Source of the DNA: Thermodesulfobacteriota bacterium
GTDB lineage: Bacteria > Desulfobacterota > Desulfarculia > JACQYL01
DNA: 64,000 bases
Reading direction: 5' to 3'
Assembly: GCA_963675595.2 (NCBI GenBank)
Contig: CAXXLZ010000002.1
Coordinates: 2,976,001 to 3,040,000 of the forward strand
The notes beneath the pieces were generated by a model. The model had not been told where the DNA came from. It saw nothing but the letters and a program-made list of their open reading frames with translations, and ran no database searches. Position numbers and translations under genes: made by a program. This document shows positions 1 through 9,656 of this stretch, in pieces; position 1 is the stretch's first letter; each line of letters starts with the position of its first letter.

Positions 1-2
1 TT

Positions 3-3000
3 TACGGCTCCTCTATTGGCGACTCTCAATTTGGTTATAGTGTATCTATTTCATCGGATGGGACAACTCTTCTTGTAGGAGCTCCCTATTTTGGTCTCTC
101 GCCTCATGGTGTCGTTCTTGTCTTTACGGGCTCAGGCACCTCGTGGACTCAACGGACAGACTTCGAGGGGGATGGTTCAACTGAGTATTTCGGCTCCGGC
201 GTCTCTCTCGCATCAGATGGGACCACGGCTGTTATCGGAGCGCCGCGTAATAATTCAAGTACCGGAGCGGCCTATATATATACGGGCTCAGGCAGTTCCT
301 GGACCCAACAGGCAAAGCTTTCAGCAACCGGCGGAGCAACCGGTGACGATTTTGGTACTCGCGTATCTATTTCACCGGATGCCACAACCGTCTTAATCGG
401 AGCGCCCGGAGATAACTCTGATCTTGGGGCGGCATATATTTTTACCGGTTCCGGCAGCTCCTGGGAACAGCAAGCCAAACTGATCGGCGATAATTCCGTT
501 GATGAAGACTTTGCGCAATGGAGTATGGCGATCTCCCCGGATGGAAAAACGGCTTTTATTGGAGCGAGATCGTATAACGGCTGGCAAGGAACCACTTATG
601 TTTTCGAGGCGGCAGGCGGCCCCACTTGGGACGGAAGCGAAAGTTCCGACTGGACGGATGGAGACAACTGGAGCACCGGAACCCAGCCGGGCGCCGATGA
701 TGATGTCGTAATCCCCGATGCCTCCACAACCGATCATGATCCAAACGTTGCCGGCGGGTATACGGTGAATTCCTTCACCGTGGAGAACGGCGGTGTGGTG
801 AACTTCACGAGCGCTGCCGCCAAGATCACCGCCGACGAAGGCGTCATCAGTATCACCGGCACCGGTGAAGGAGGGAACGGCGCTCTCAAGGCCGGCAGTT
901 CGTCCACCCAAATTCAATTGGAGGCCCAGACCGGTAATCTAACCCTTGCGGGCGCCAAGATCGTCTCCAACGGCGGTCTCATCGATATCAAGAGCACCGC
1001 CGGCGCCGTCGTGATCACCGGGGACACGACCCTTTCCGTCGACAATTCAAACGTGAACCTGACTTCAAGCGGAGGGGATATCGCCGGCGGCGGTTCCCTG
1101 ACCATCACGGTGAACGGGGTGGCGGGCGAAAGCGTTACCATCGCCGACGACATCAACGGCCTTGCGGCCCTTACTATATCCAACGCTCCGCAAGTCGATC
1201 TTCAAAACGTCTCGGTCACTACCGGAAACATCGCCGTCACCGGCTCGAACATCGACCTCAACGGCGCCACCTACACCAGTGCCGGCGGTTCCGTCACCTT
1301 CACCGGGGCGGTGGATCTCGATTCCCCCGGCGGGGCGGCCGTTTCGTCCGGGGGCGAGGCCGGCGACGACATCTCCTTTACCGGCACCATCGACGGAAAG
1401 GACGACGACACCCAGAGTCTCACCCTTGACGCCGGCTCAGCGGGAACCGTTTCGGTTTCCGGCGCCATAGGCGGGACGGCCTCAAAACAAATTAAGACAC
1501 TGACGATCACCAACAGCAACGGCGCCACGTTTTCAGGTGCGGTTACAGCCGACACCGGCGTGGTTCTCACGGACTCCGAGGACGGTTCCGACATCGTCTT
1601 CGACGGCGCCCTCGTGACGCCGACCCTGACGACCGCCGATCAGGGCTATAATGTGCAGCTGAACGGCGACGGAACCACCATTGCCGATCTTGTGGAATTC
1701 CTGAACACGGGTACGGTTTCGCTCGGCGATGCCGCCGGAGATACGCTCACCTTCAACGGCGGGATTGAAACAACCGGCAACGGCAGTAATCCATCTTCCG
1801 TCAGCCTCAACGGCGCCCTGGTGACCTCGAACGACGTGGTTACCCTGGGTGCAACCACCATCAGCGGTACCGCGGCGATCAATTCCGGAGGCGGCGCCAT
1901 CGCCTTTTCAGGAACAACAGGGGGCGGCGGCACACTCACGGCCTCCGGCGGGACGGTAACCTATGGCCTGGCCGGTGCTCAGAGCATTTATACAGGTACC
2001 TACGCGGGGGTTTCCTTTGCAGGAAGCGGCACCAAGACCCTCGCCGGGGCCATCGACGTGAACGGCAACCTTTCCATCGCTCCGGGCGTTACCCTCGATG
2101 TCGCAAACGGCGGTGACTTCGGCATCAACGTAGCCGGAAACTGGAGCAACAACGGGGTATTCGACGGCCGGTCCGGCACCGTGACCTTTGACGGATCCCT
2201 AGCCCAGGGCATTTCCGACAACTCCACCTTCCACAATCTGACCATCAACGCTTCGGCACTGGTGACGCTTGCCGGAGACGTCACTGTCGACGGCACCCTG
2301 ATCCTCACCGACGGCGGCGGATTGATCGACACCGACGGGCATACACTGACTGCCAACGGCACGATTCTGGATGATTCAGCCGGTACTGATTTTGACGGCG
2401 ACCATATGATTATTTCGAATGGTACGGGAAGCCTCCGGCGAACGGCTCCCAATGCCGGGACCTACCTGTTTCCCGTGGGGACCCTGAATGGAACCGCCTA
2501 CTATTCACCGGCGACCCTCATTTTTACCGACGGGTCTTATGACGGCGGCGCCTATGCGGAGATTTCCGTCAATAACAGCAAACAGCCGAACAACACCAGC
2601 ACCACCAATTATCTGAACCGGTACTGGACCGTGGCCCAGAGCGGCATATCGGGTTTTTCCTGTAATGCCTCTTTCAATTACCAGCCGGATGACGTTGCGG
2701 GCACGGAAGCCGATATTTCCGGCGCCGCCTACAGCGGCGGGGCCTGGACGGCACTTAGCCCTGTGGATACGGTCAACCACAAGTTTTCCGGCACGGTTGC
2801 GAGTTTTTCCGATTTTACGGGTGTCGGGTCCTACGGGGTGACCTACAACGCCAACAGCGCCACATCCGGCACGGCGCCCGCCGCTCAAGCCAAGATTAAA
2901 GGCCTGGACCTGACGCTTCAGACGAACTCGGGCAGCCTGGCCAGAACCGGATATACCTTCTCCGGATGGAACACGTCCGCCACCGGACTAGGTACTCACT

Positions 3001-4056
3001 ACGACGCCGGAGGCACCTACTCCGCCAATGCAGCCGTGACCCTCTATGCCGAATGGACGGCCGATACCTACACGGTGACCCTTGACGATCAGGGGGGCGC
3101 CGGCGGAAGCGGCAGTGTGACCGCGACCTACGACTCGGCCATGCCTTCGGCCACGGCGCCGACGCGTGACGGGTTCACTTTCGTCGGCTACTACACGGAA
3201 ACCGGAGGTTCCGGAACTCAGTACTATACGGCGGCCATGGCGAGTGCGCGCAACTGGGACCGGACTTCGGACACCACCCTGTACGCGCATTGGACCACCA
3301 TAGTCGCTCCCACGGCTACCGACGCGACGAACGTTTCGGGAACCGGGTTTACGGCCAACTGGCTCAGTGTCGCCGGTGCGACCGGCTACCGGCTGGATGT
3401 GTCGGAACAAGACGATTTCAGCACCTTCGTCACCGGGTACCAGGACAAGGACGTGGGAAATGTCACCTCTTCAGCGATAACCGACCTCAACGAGGTAACG
3501 GAATATTATTACCGTTTGCGGGCCGAGAAAGACGGATCGACAAGCGACCATTCCAATACCATCAGCGTGACCACTTCCGACGGCACCGGGGTTTCGGCGG
3601 GTGTTCAGGATGCCGTCCCCAACGGCGGCGACGGAAACGGCGACGGCATTCAGGACAGCCTGCAGACCAGTGGGGCGTCCCTTCCTTCAGCCTCATCCGA
3701 CCAGAGCTATCTCACCCTGGAAGTCCGGGACGGTTGCGATCGGCTGCACAATGTGGCCACCGGCACCTATGCTTCCGTGGGGACTCCTGATCCGGGCTAC
3801 GAGCATCCCTTTGAGCTGATGTCTTTTAACCTTCCTTGTGCGACGGCCACGGTTCGCGTCTACTATCACGGCGCCGATTCTCTGGCGCATTTTGTCTACC
3901 GGAAATTCGGCCCGACGCCCGACGACTGGAACTCTTCGGTGTGGTACAGCATGCCTGATGTGACTTTCGGAACGGAAGAGATCGATGGAAAGACCGTTCA
4001 CTATGTCGAATTTGTGCTGGAAGAGTCCAAACTGGGCGACGATACCAAAGGTTTCC
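3..4056 (+). CDS. Large secreted/surface protein, 5'-partial (FG-GAP repeats, beta-helix-like Gly/Thr/Ser-rich region, InlB B-type repeats, fibronectin type III, choice-of-anchor U-like domain); interrupted by IS110 element
   Basis: Frame of ORF 525..4220 is open from position 3 (YGSSIGDSQFGYSVSISSDGTTLLVGAP...FGSGVSLASDGTTAVIGAP... = FG-GAP repeats). It also has RTGYTFSGWNT/PTRDGFTFVGYY repeats, an FTANW..GATGYRLDV..YYYRLRA Fn3 domain and a DGNGDGIQDS motif. With the IS present the frame reads on to a stop at 4220. Confidence 0.85.
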
Positions 4057-4070
4057 TATGTGGCCTCAAG

Positions 4071-4287
4071 TCAAGCCGGAATTGGATAACCGTTTCCTAT
4101 TCGCGCCCGAAGCGCCAAGTACACATGCGATGTAGAAGCGAAGATGCCGCCATTTCCCCAGCGCTACCGATGCAGCCAAACTTTATCGCGGCCGTCTCCG
4201 CTGTTGTCTCCCCGGCTTGAGGCTCGGGACCCACCTCAAGTATGGGTCCCGAGCCGGTTGGGTTCTCCTAAACAAGTCCTAACCGGC
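4071..4287 (-). ncRNA. Candidate bridge/seek RNA of the IS110 element
   Basis: Structured non-coding end: closing stem 4071-4079/4212-4220, 13-bp hairpin 4221-4255. It has 8-nt matches to the reconstructed target (TTTCCCCA, 4153-4160) and the circle junction (TTTCCTAT, 4093-4100). Exact RNA ends are unknown. Confidence 0.7.
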
Positions 4288-5376
4288 TCATGCTTGGTCC
4301 GCTTGGAGACGAAATTCATAGGTCCGTTTTTCCATGGTCAATCGCCATAGAACAACGGCCAGTTTCCGTGCCAACGCACAAATGGCCTTTTGTGGAAGGC
4401 CCGTTCGCGACAGGAGTTTTCGATAATGCGAATCAATGGCCGGATCCCTGGACTTCCACGTCCAGGCCGCCTCCACCAACAGACTCCGCAGTCGCGTCTG
4501 ACCCACGGGAGGAAGCGCCACTCGAGATTTCCTCTCTCCGCTCTGTCGCACCAGGGGGGCGAGTCCCAGATAGCTGGTCACTTCCTCCACTCGATGGAAC
4601 CGACTCGGGCGAAACAATTCCAGGAGGAAGGTAGCCGCTGTGATGGGACCCACCCCGGGGACGCTTCGAAGGCATCGCATTTCCTCAAAGTGTTCAGGTT
4701 TCTCGCACACACTGGAAGTCCTTTCCTCCATGAAGGCTTTTTCCTTTGTGAGGAAATTCAACTCACGGAGCAAGCTGAGCAGCGTCGCTTTGGCCTCCTT
4801 CGGCAGACGAAGCTTTCGAAGTTGCGCCACAGCGCTTCGGCCCCAATGATTGAGCCCGGGAGGCGCCTCCACACCGTGAAACAGCAGAAGGGATTGAATT
4901 CTCTGCTTAACGCGTCGAGTGCCGTCGGCCAGATCGTGCCGACGGCGAATTACGCTGCGTTCGGCCTCCTCTTCCTCCGTGGGAACGGCGATGGACTTCA
5001 ATATCCCTCGGGCGGCATGGTCCGCCAACCGCATGCAATCCAGGCGGTCGGTCTTGGCCCCCGCAGTCACCGGCCTAGGGACCCGACTCGGCGCCACCAC
5101 GATCACGCTGAACCCGGCTTTGGCCAAAGTGCGCGCAAGGCCGAAGCCGGTGGGCCCCGCTTCGTAGGCTACGGCTCGGATGCGCCTCAAGTGGGGGAGC
5201 AACATGGCCACGATGGCCTCCGGAGAGGCCGAGGACACAAAAGTCTTCACCTCGCCGTCGCTGCGAAGCACGGCCACGTGGTAGCTCTTTTTGTGTACGT
5301 CGATCCCGACGTGGAAATCACGGTCGATATCCAGCTCCAAAAACTTGGCCAATTCTGTTACTTTCGTTGCTACCAT
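4288..5376 (-). CDS. IS110-family transposase/recombinase (RuvC-like DEDD domain + Tnp domain)
   Basis: GIDVH, YEAG and KTDRLD supply the DEDD residues; SVPGVG and YLGLAP..RQSG (catalytic Ser loop); ALARKL. AAGGAG RBS precedes the ATG at 5376. Confidence 0.95.
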   Translation of the reverse strand: MVATKVTELAKFLELDIDRDFHVGIDVHKKSYHVAVLRSDGEVKTFVSSASPEAIVAMLLPHLRRIRAVAYEAGPTGFGLARTLAKAGFSVIVVAPSRVPRPVTAGAKTDRLDCMRLADHAARGILKSIAVPTEEEEAERSVIRRRHDLADGTRRVKQRIQSLLLFHGVEAPPGLNHWGRSAVAQLRKLRLPKEAKATLLSLLRELNFLTKEKAFMEERTSSVCEKPEHFEEMRCLRSVPGVGPITAATFLLELFRPSRFHRVEEVTSYLGLAPLVRQSGERKSRVALPPVGQTRLRSLLVEAAWTWKSRDPAIDSHYRKLLSRTGLPQKAICALARKLAVVLWRLTMEKRTYEFRLQADQA

Positions 5377-5447
5377 GTTGGTCTCCTTTCTGTTTGGGTG
5401 ATGCTCCATCATAACGATCGAGCACCTGAGGCCAACATGGTATTTCC

Positions 5448-5602
5448 CCATCATAGATCAAGGCGGCGTCGCTCGAGCGGACGACGCCACCGGTCGAACA
5501 AGCACCGCCGTTCCTACACTCAAAGAGTGTGGACTGATCATTCTGGCGCTTCTATTGGGCTGCGGGGCCCTATGGAGCATCAGACGACGGGAGGAATGCT
5601 GA
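5448..5602 (+). pseudogene. Detached C-terminus of the large surface protein, carrying an IPTL-CTERM-type sorting signal
   Basis: Translates (P)IIDQGGVARADDATGRTSTAVPTLKECGLIILALLLGCGALWSIRRREEC*: VPTL motif, TM helix and basic tail. In frame with 3..4056 once the IS is removed. Confidence 0.88.
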
Positions 5603-5791
5603 CCATTCAAGGGAGGACTCTTGAAGAAAGTCCCTTCCGAGCCCTCAAGACCTCACAAACAGGCCTTACCGCCTTCGGCGGAGAGCCTGAGGGGGAATAC
5701 GGTTGCTCGTTAACTTCCAGGGCTCCTTTTTTGAAGCGGGCTTTGAGGTCGTCGCCGCTTACAAGAATCTAAAACATCCCGCCGGCAATGG

Positions 5792-6952
5792 TCACGTCAT
5801 CTCCACCGGCCGCTTCGCCTTAGGCGTGTTTCGGCTGGGATGGACCACGATGCGTCCGTCCACCAACACGAGGGAGACCGCCGGTACGTCTCCTTGCTCC
5901 AACGCCTGCAGGGCATCCTCCCCTACGCCTCCCGCCGGAGCGTCCAGAATGACCAGGTCCGCCGGCCTACCTTCCTTGATCAATCCGGAGCGGAGACCAT
6001 AAACCCCGGCCGTATTTCCCGTGGCCATGCACAAGGCCTGTTCAGGCTCCACCTCGGCCAGGGAAGCGGCCATGCCCACCACCCGTAGTACGCCGAGAGG
6101 CGTCACGCCGCTGCCCGACGGAGAATCGCTGCCCACGATGATTCGGTCCAGAGCGTTGACCTTTTTCGCATACTGGAGGAGAGTCACCAACGCCTTGGGG
6201 TTGCCGCAGTAGACCAACTCAAGGGCGCAGGAGCTCTCCAGCAAAATTCTCTGCATGTCTCCCCTGCTTATTGCGGTGGGTCCCCCGTTGATATGAGAGG
6301 CCACCCGAGGTCGGACTTTGAGAACATGTTGCGCCGTCACGGCTTCGGTTTGGTGCGAAGAGGGTCCGCCCACGTGCATGGTTACGATCATCCCCGACGC
6401 TTGTGCCCACTCGGCCATGACCGCGGCATCGTCGGGCATCGAAACGGAGCCCAGACCGATCTCCCCCACAAGGCGAACACCGTGCGCCGCCATCTCCCTG
6501 AAGTCGTCACGGGTCAGGCCTTCTTCCAGGATCACCGCACCTCCCAGGACCTTTATGCCCCCGGGACGATAATCACGATAGATTTTCGCGGCGAGGATCG
6601 CGAGGGCCTTCGCACCCGCGGGATCTGTCGGACGACCGGGAATATGGACCTCACCCGCGGAGATCAGGGTCGTTACGCCTCCATGGAGAGCGTTTTCCAT
6701 GAACCCGATCTGTTGCTGCCTGGGAGTGTAGTCCGTGAGCCCCACGTGGCAGTGGGAGTCAAGAAGCCCGGGCGCCGCCACGGCACCCTTTGCGTCGATG
6801 ACGGTATCTACTTTCATGGTGGAAGCTTCTTCACTCGATCCGATCCACTTGAAGACTCCGTCTCTGATGAGAAGAGCGTCTCCGGTGATGAAGGGAGAAT
6901 GAATGTTGCCTGAAATGAGCTTTCCGATGTTTCGGATTAGAATAGAGGACAT
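5792..6952 (-). CDS. Amidohydrolase-superfamily protein, enamidase-like
   Basis: DSHCH metal motif; LHGGVTTLISAG, SHINGGPTA, DSPSG and SRNTP.AKR segments resemble Eubacterium barkeri enamidase (recalled, not searched). Confidence 0.8.
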   Translation of the reverse strand: MSSILIRNIGKLISGNIHSPFITGDALLIRDGVFKWIGSSEEASTMKVDTVIDAKGAVAAPGLLDSHCHVGLTDYTPRQQQIGFMENALHGGVTTLISAGEVHIPGRPTDPAGAKALAILAAKIYRDYRPGGIKVLGGAVILEEGLTRDDFREMAAHGVRLVGEIGLGSVSMPDDAAVMAEWAQASGMIVTMHVGGPSSHQTEAVTAQHVLKVRPRVASHINGGPTAISRGDMQRILLESSCALELVYCGNPKALVTLLQYAKKVNALDRIIVGSDSPSGSGVTPLGVLRVVGMAASLAEVEPEQALCMATGNTAGVYGLRSGLIKEGRPADLVILDAPAGGVGEDALQALEQGDVPAVSLVLVDGRIVVHPSRNTPKAKRPVEMT

Positions 6953-6978
6953 TCCGAACCGCCTTTGACCGTAAAAGA

Positions 6979-7016
6979 CAGGCCCGGCACTGGATCCTGG
7001 GACCCGGCCGGGCCTG
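6979..7016 (-). terminator. Probable intrinsic terminator after pckA
   Basis: CAGGCCCGGC/GCCGGGCCTG 10-bp stem followed by TCTTTT on the minus strand. Confidence 0.55.
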
Positions 7017-7068
7017 ATATTCTTCTGCCGCCGTGTGTGTTAAGAACTGCGATTCATGCCTTGATGGG

Positions 7069-8712
7069 CTATTTTCCCGGGCATTGATTACGCACGGTTT
7101 CATCTATGTTCTTGTTACCGTAGGCCTTATCGAAGCCGGCGCTGAATTCCCCGGCCAACTTCTTCGCTCGGGCCCGGTAGGCTTCCTTATCGCTCCAGGT
7201 GTTTTCCGGATTCAGGATTTCCGACGGGACCCCTGGACACGATTTGGGCACGCTGAAATGGAAAAGGGAATCATCGGTATACTCGACTTGACTCAGGCTG
7301 CCGTCCAGGGCCCCGTTGAGCATGGTGCGGGTCATCATGATGTCCATTCTCTTGCCGACACCGTAGGGTCCGCCGCTCCACCCGGTATTCACCAGATACA
7401 CCTGGGTCTGGTGTTCTTTCATCTTCTTCCCGAGCAAGTCCGAATACATGTTGGGCAGGCAGGGCATGAAGGGCTGCCCGAAGAACCGCGAAAAAGTGCT
7501 CACCGGGTCCACGACGCCGGTTTCCGTGCCGGCCAGCTTGCTCGTGTATCCCATGAGGAACCACAACATGGCTTGTTCGGCGTTGAGCTTGGCAATGGGA
7601 GGGATCACTCCGTTGGCGTCCGCGGTGAGAAAGATAATGGTCTTGGGATGCGGGCCCGTGGAGGACGGTTTGATGTTGGTCAGGGCCGTCAGCAGGTACG
7701 AAGCTCGGCTGTTGGGCGTAAGACGGTCGTCATAGAGATCGAATTTGCCGTTGGGATACATCATGGCGTTCTCCACAATGGCCCCGTGCTCCAGGTAAGG
7801 GGCGTCATGAAAGACCGCCTTGTGGATTTCCGGTTCTTTCTCGGGATCAAGGTCGATGAGCTTGGCATAACAGCCGTTTTCAAAGTTCGCAATCCCGTTT
7901 TCGCTCCAGCCGTGCTCGTCGTCACCGAGGAGAGCCCGACTCGCATCGGCGGAAAGAGTGGTCTTGCCCGTGCCTGAAAGACCAAGGAACAAGGAAAGCT
8001 CGCCTGCTGCGTTTTCGTTGGCGGAGCAGTGAATCGGAAGAATTCCCTCGAAGGGGAGGTAGTAATTCATCACGGTAAACATCAGTTTCTTGACGCTGCC
8101 GCAGTAGGCGGAACCGTAAACCAGGCCCAGACGGTTCTCGAAATCCATTGCGATGACCATGTCGGAGGTCTTGCCGTCCGGCCTCTTCCGAAGTTTTCCC
8201 CCATAGGGACCCACATCGATCTTGTCGTAAGGAAGCACCAGCAGGGTGAACTCCTTGTCCGCGAATACGGATGAGCCGATATCGGAAGGCACCGGTCTGA
8301 ACATGTTCATGGCGAACAAAGTGGTGAGGGCTTTGTCCGAGACCGTTTTCACCGGCAACGCATAAGAACTTTCGGCCCCGATAACACGGTCCGAGACGTA
8401 GATATTCTCTTTTCCACCCAGGACCTTCACCGCATCCGCCCACAGACTTTCGAAGGTTTCCGGTTCCAGGGGCAGGTTGTTGGGGGAATCCCAGTCCACA
8501 TTCTTCTCGATGGAAGGGCGCTTGACGAAAAGGGTATCCAATGGCGCACGTCCGGTGGACTCGGGGGGAGTCCAGGTTGCCAGGCATCCGTTGGCGGAAA
8601 TAAATGCTTCCCCGTTGTCCACGCAATGCTGAATGACGTCGGTTCTTTCTGCGTTTTCAAAGACTTTTCGGTGGGAAGCAACGAGAGTCAAAAGGTTTTG
8701 TTTTAGCTGCAT
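7069..8712 (-). CDS. pckA: Phosphoenolpyruvate carboxykinase (ATP)
   Basis: HCSAN, FLGLSGTGKTTLS P-loop, GDDEHGW, ENGCYAK, LVNTGW. GGGAGA RBS before the ATG at 8712. Confidence 0.95.
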   Translation of the reverse strand: MQLKQNLLTLVASHRKVFENAERTDVIQHCVDNGEAFISANGCLATWTPPESTGRAPLDTLFVKRPSIEKNVDWDSPNNLPLEPETFESLWADAVKVLGGKENIYVSDRVIGAESSYALPVKTVSDKALTTLFAMNMFRPVPSDIGSSVFADKEFTLLVLPYDKIDVGPYGGKLRKRPDGKTSDMVIAMDFENRLGLVYGSAYCGSVKKLMFTVMNYYLPFEGILPIHCSANENAAGELSLFLGLSGTGKTTLSADASRALLGDDEHGWSENGIANFENGCYAKLIDLDPEKEPEIHKAVFHDAPYLEHGAIVENAMMYPNGKFDLYDDRLTPNSRASYLLTALTNIKPSSTGPHPKTIIFLTADANGVIPPIAKLNAEQAMLWFLMGYTSKLAGTETGVVDPVSTFSRFFGQPFMPCLPNMYSDLLGKKMKEHQTQVYLVNTGWSGGPYGVGKRMDIMMTRTMLNGALDGSLSQVEYTDDSLFHFSVPKSCPGVPSEILNPENTWSDKEAYRARAKKLAGEFSAGFDKAYGNKNIDETVRNQCPGK

Positions 8713-8933
8713 GGTCTCCCTCGGTCTGGTTTGAGTTCTAGTAGGCGATTCGGGCAAGAATCATACGGGATATCCGAACTCCCGTTTGTAAGCTAGTTTG
8801 GTGATTGCCCCATTGGAAGCATCAAATCAAGTTTTTTTCGTTGCTGAAGTCGCGTGGGGCGAAATCGTTCCTCTTGCCCGGACCGGTCGGCGGCGACTTT
8901 TTAGCCTTTTGAATCGGAATCTCCGCCGACGAG

Positions 8934-9656
8934 TTAGACGGATAGGTACGCTTTCCGCACATGTTCACTGTCCAGGAGAGAGGACGGGGCTCCGTGCAGC
9001 GTGATTCTCCCTCGTTCGAGCACATAGGCTCGATGGGCTATGCGCAATGACATCCGAACGTTCTGCTCCACCAATAGTACGGTCAGACCATCCGCGGCAA
9101 TGCCGGCGATGGTTTCAAAGACTCGCTTCACCATCAACGGTTGGAGACCCAGAGAGGGTTCGTCGAGAAGAAGCAACGTCGGTTCCGACATTAACGCCCT
9201 GCCGACAGCCAACATCTGACGCTCACCCCCGCTCAAGGTTCCCGCCTTCTGGCGCAGTCTTTCCGCCAAGCGAGGAAACACGGCGAACACCCTATCGAGA
9301 TTACGATTTCTGTTGGCCCTCGCACGGGAACAATAGGATCCCATCTTGAGATTATCCAAAACGGACATCTCCTGGAACACTCTTGCTCCCTCGGGCACTA
9401 GTGAGATTCCTTGGGCCACCAAATCCTCCGGCGACCTACCTTGTATGGGACGTCCCTTGTAGTTTACCGTTCCCTTGGATGGGCGGATCAGTCCCATGAC
9501 CGTTTTCAGCAGGGAGGTCTTTCCCGCCGCGTTGGGTCCGATAAGGGCCACGATCTCTCCCTCATTGACACTCAAAGAGACCGCCTCCAGCACCCGAACA
9601 TCGCCGTAGGACAGTTCGAGATCCAGAATTTCCAGAAGCATCCGATCATCAGTCAC
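8934..9656 (-). CDS. livF: Liv-type ABC transporter ATP-binding protein (LivF-like)
   Basis: GPNAAGKTS, LSGGERQMLA, LLLDEPSLGL, LLVEQN. Confidence 0.85.
   Translation of the reverse strand: MTDDRMLLEILDLELSYGDVRVLEAVSLSVNEGEIVALIGPNAAGKTSLLKTVMGLIRPSKGTVNYKGRPIQGRSPEDLVAQGISLVPEGARVFQEMSVLDNLKMGSYCSRARANRNRNLDRVFAVFPRLAERLRQKAGTLSGGERQMLAVGRALMSEPTLLLLDEPSLGLQPLMVKRVFETIAGIAADGLTVLLVEQNVRMSLRIAHRAYVLERGRITLHGAPSSLLDSEHVRKAYLSV

Larger units (their letters stand above)
4057..5447 (-). mobile_element. IS110-family insertion sequence (IS1111-like, with subterminal inverted repeats and a long non-coding end downstream of the transposase), 1,391 bp
   Basis: TTTCC is present at both junctions (4052-4056, 5443-5447). 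Removing 4057-5447 restores the host reading frame. Subterminal IR: ATGTGGCCTCAAGT (4058-4071) vs revcomp of 5424-5438, ATGTTGGCCTCAGGT. Encodes a DEDD transposase. Confidence 0.93.

Noticed and set aside
4052-4056. TTTCC as a classical target-site duplication
   Set aside because: IS110 enzymes recombine at a shared core, and the junction promoter needs one copy on the circle, so it is better read as core identity.
5377-5454. Longer N-terminus of the transposase in the ORF track
   Set aside because: It starts outside the element; the ATG at 5376 has a clear RBS.
4390-5772. 460-aa plus-strand ORF across the IS
   Set aside because: Antisense shadow of the transposase with no recognisable motifs; it crosses the element boundary.
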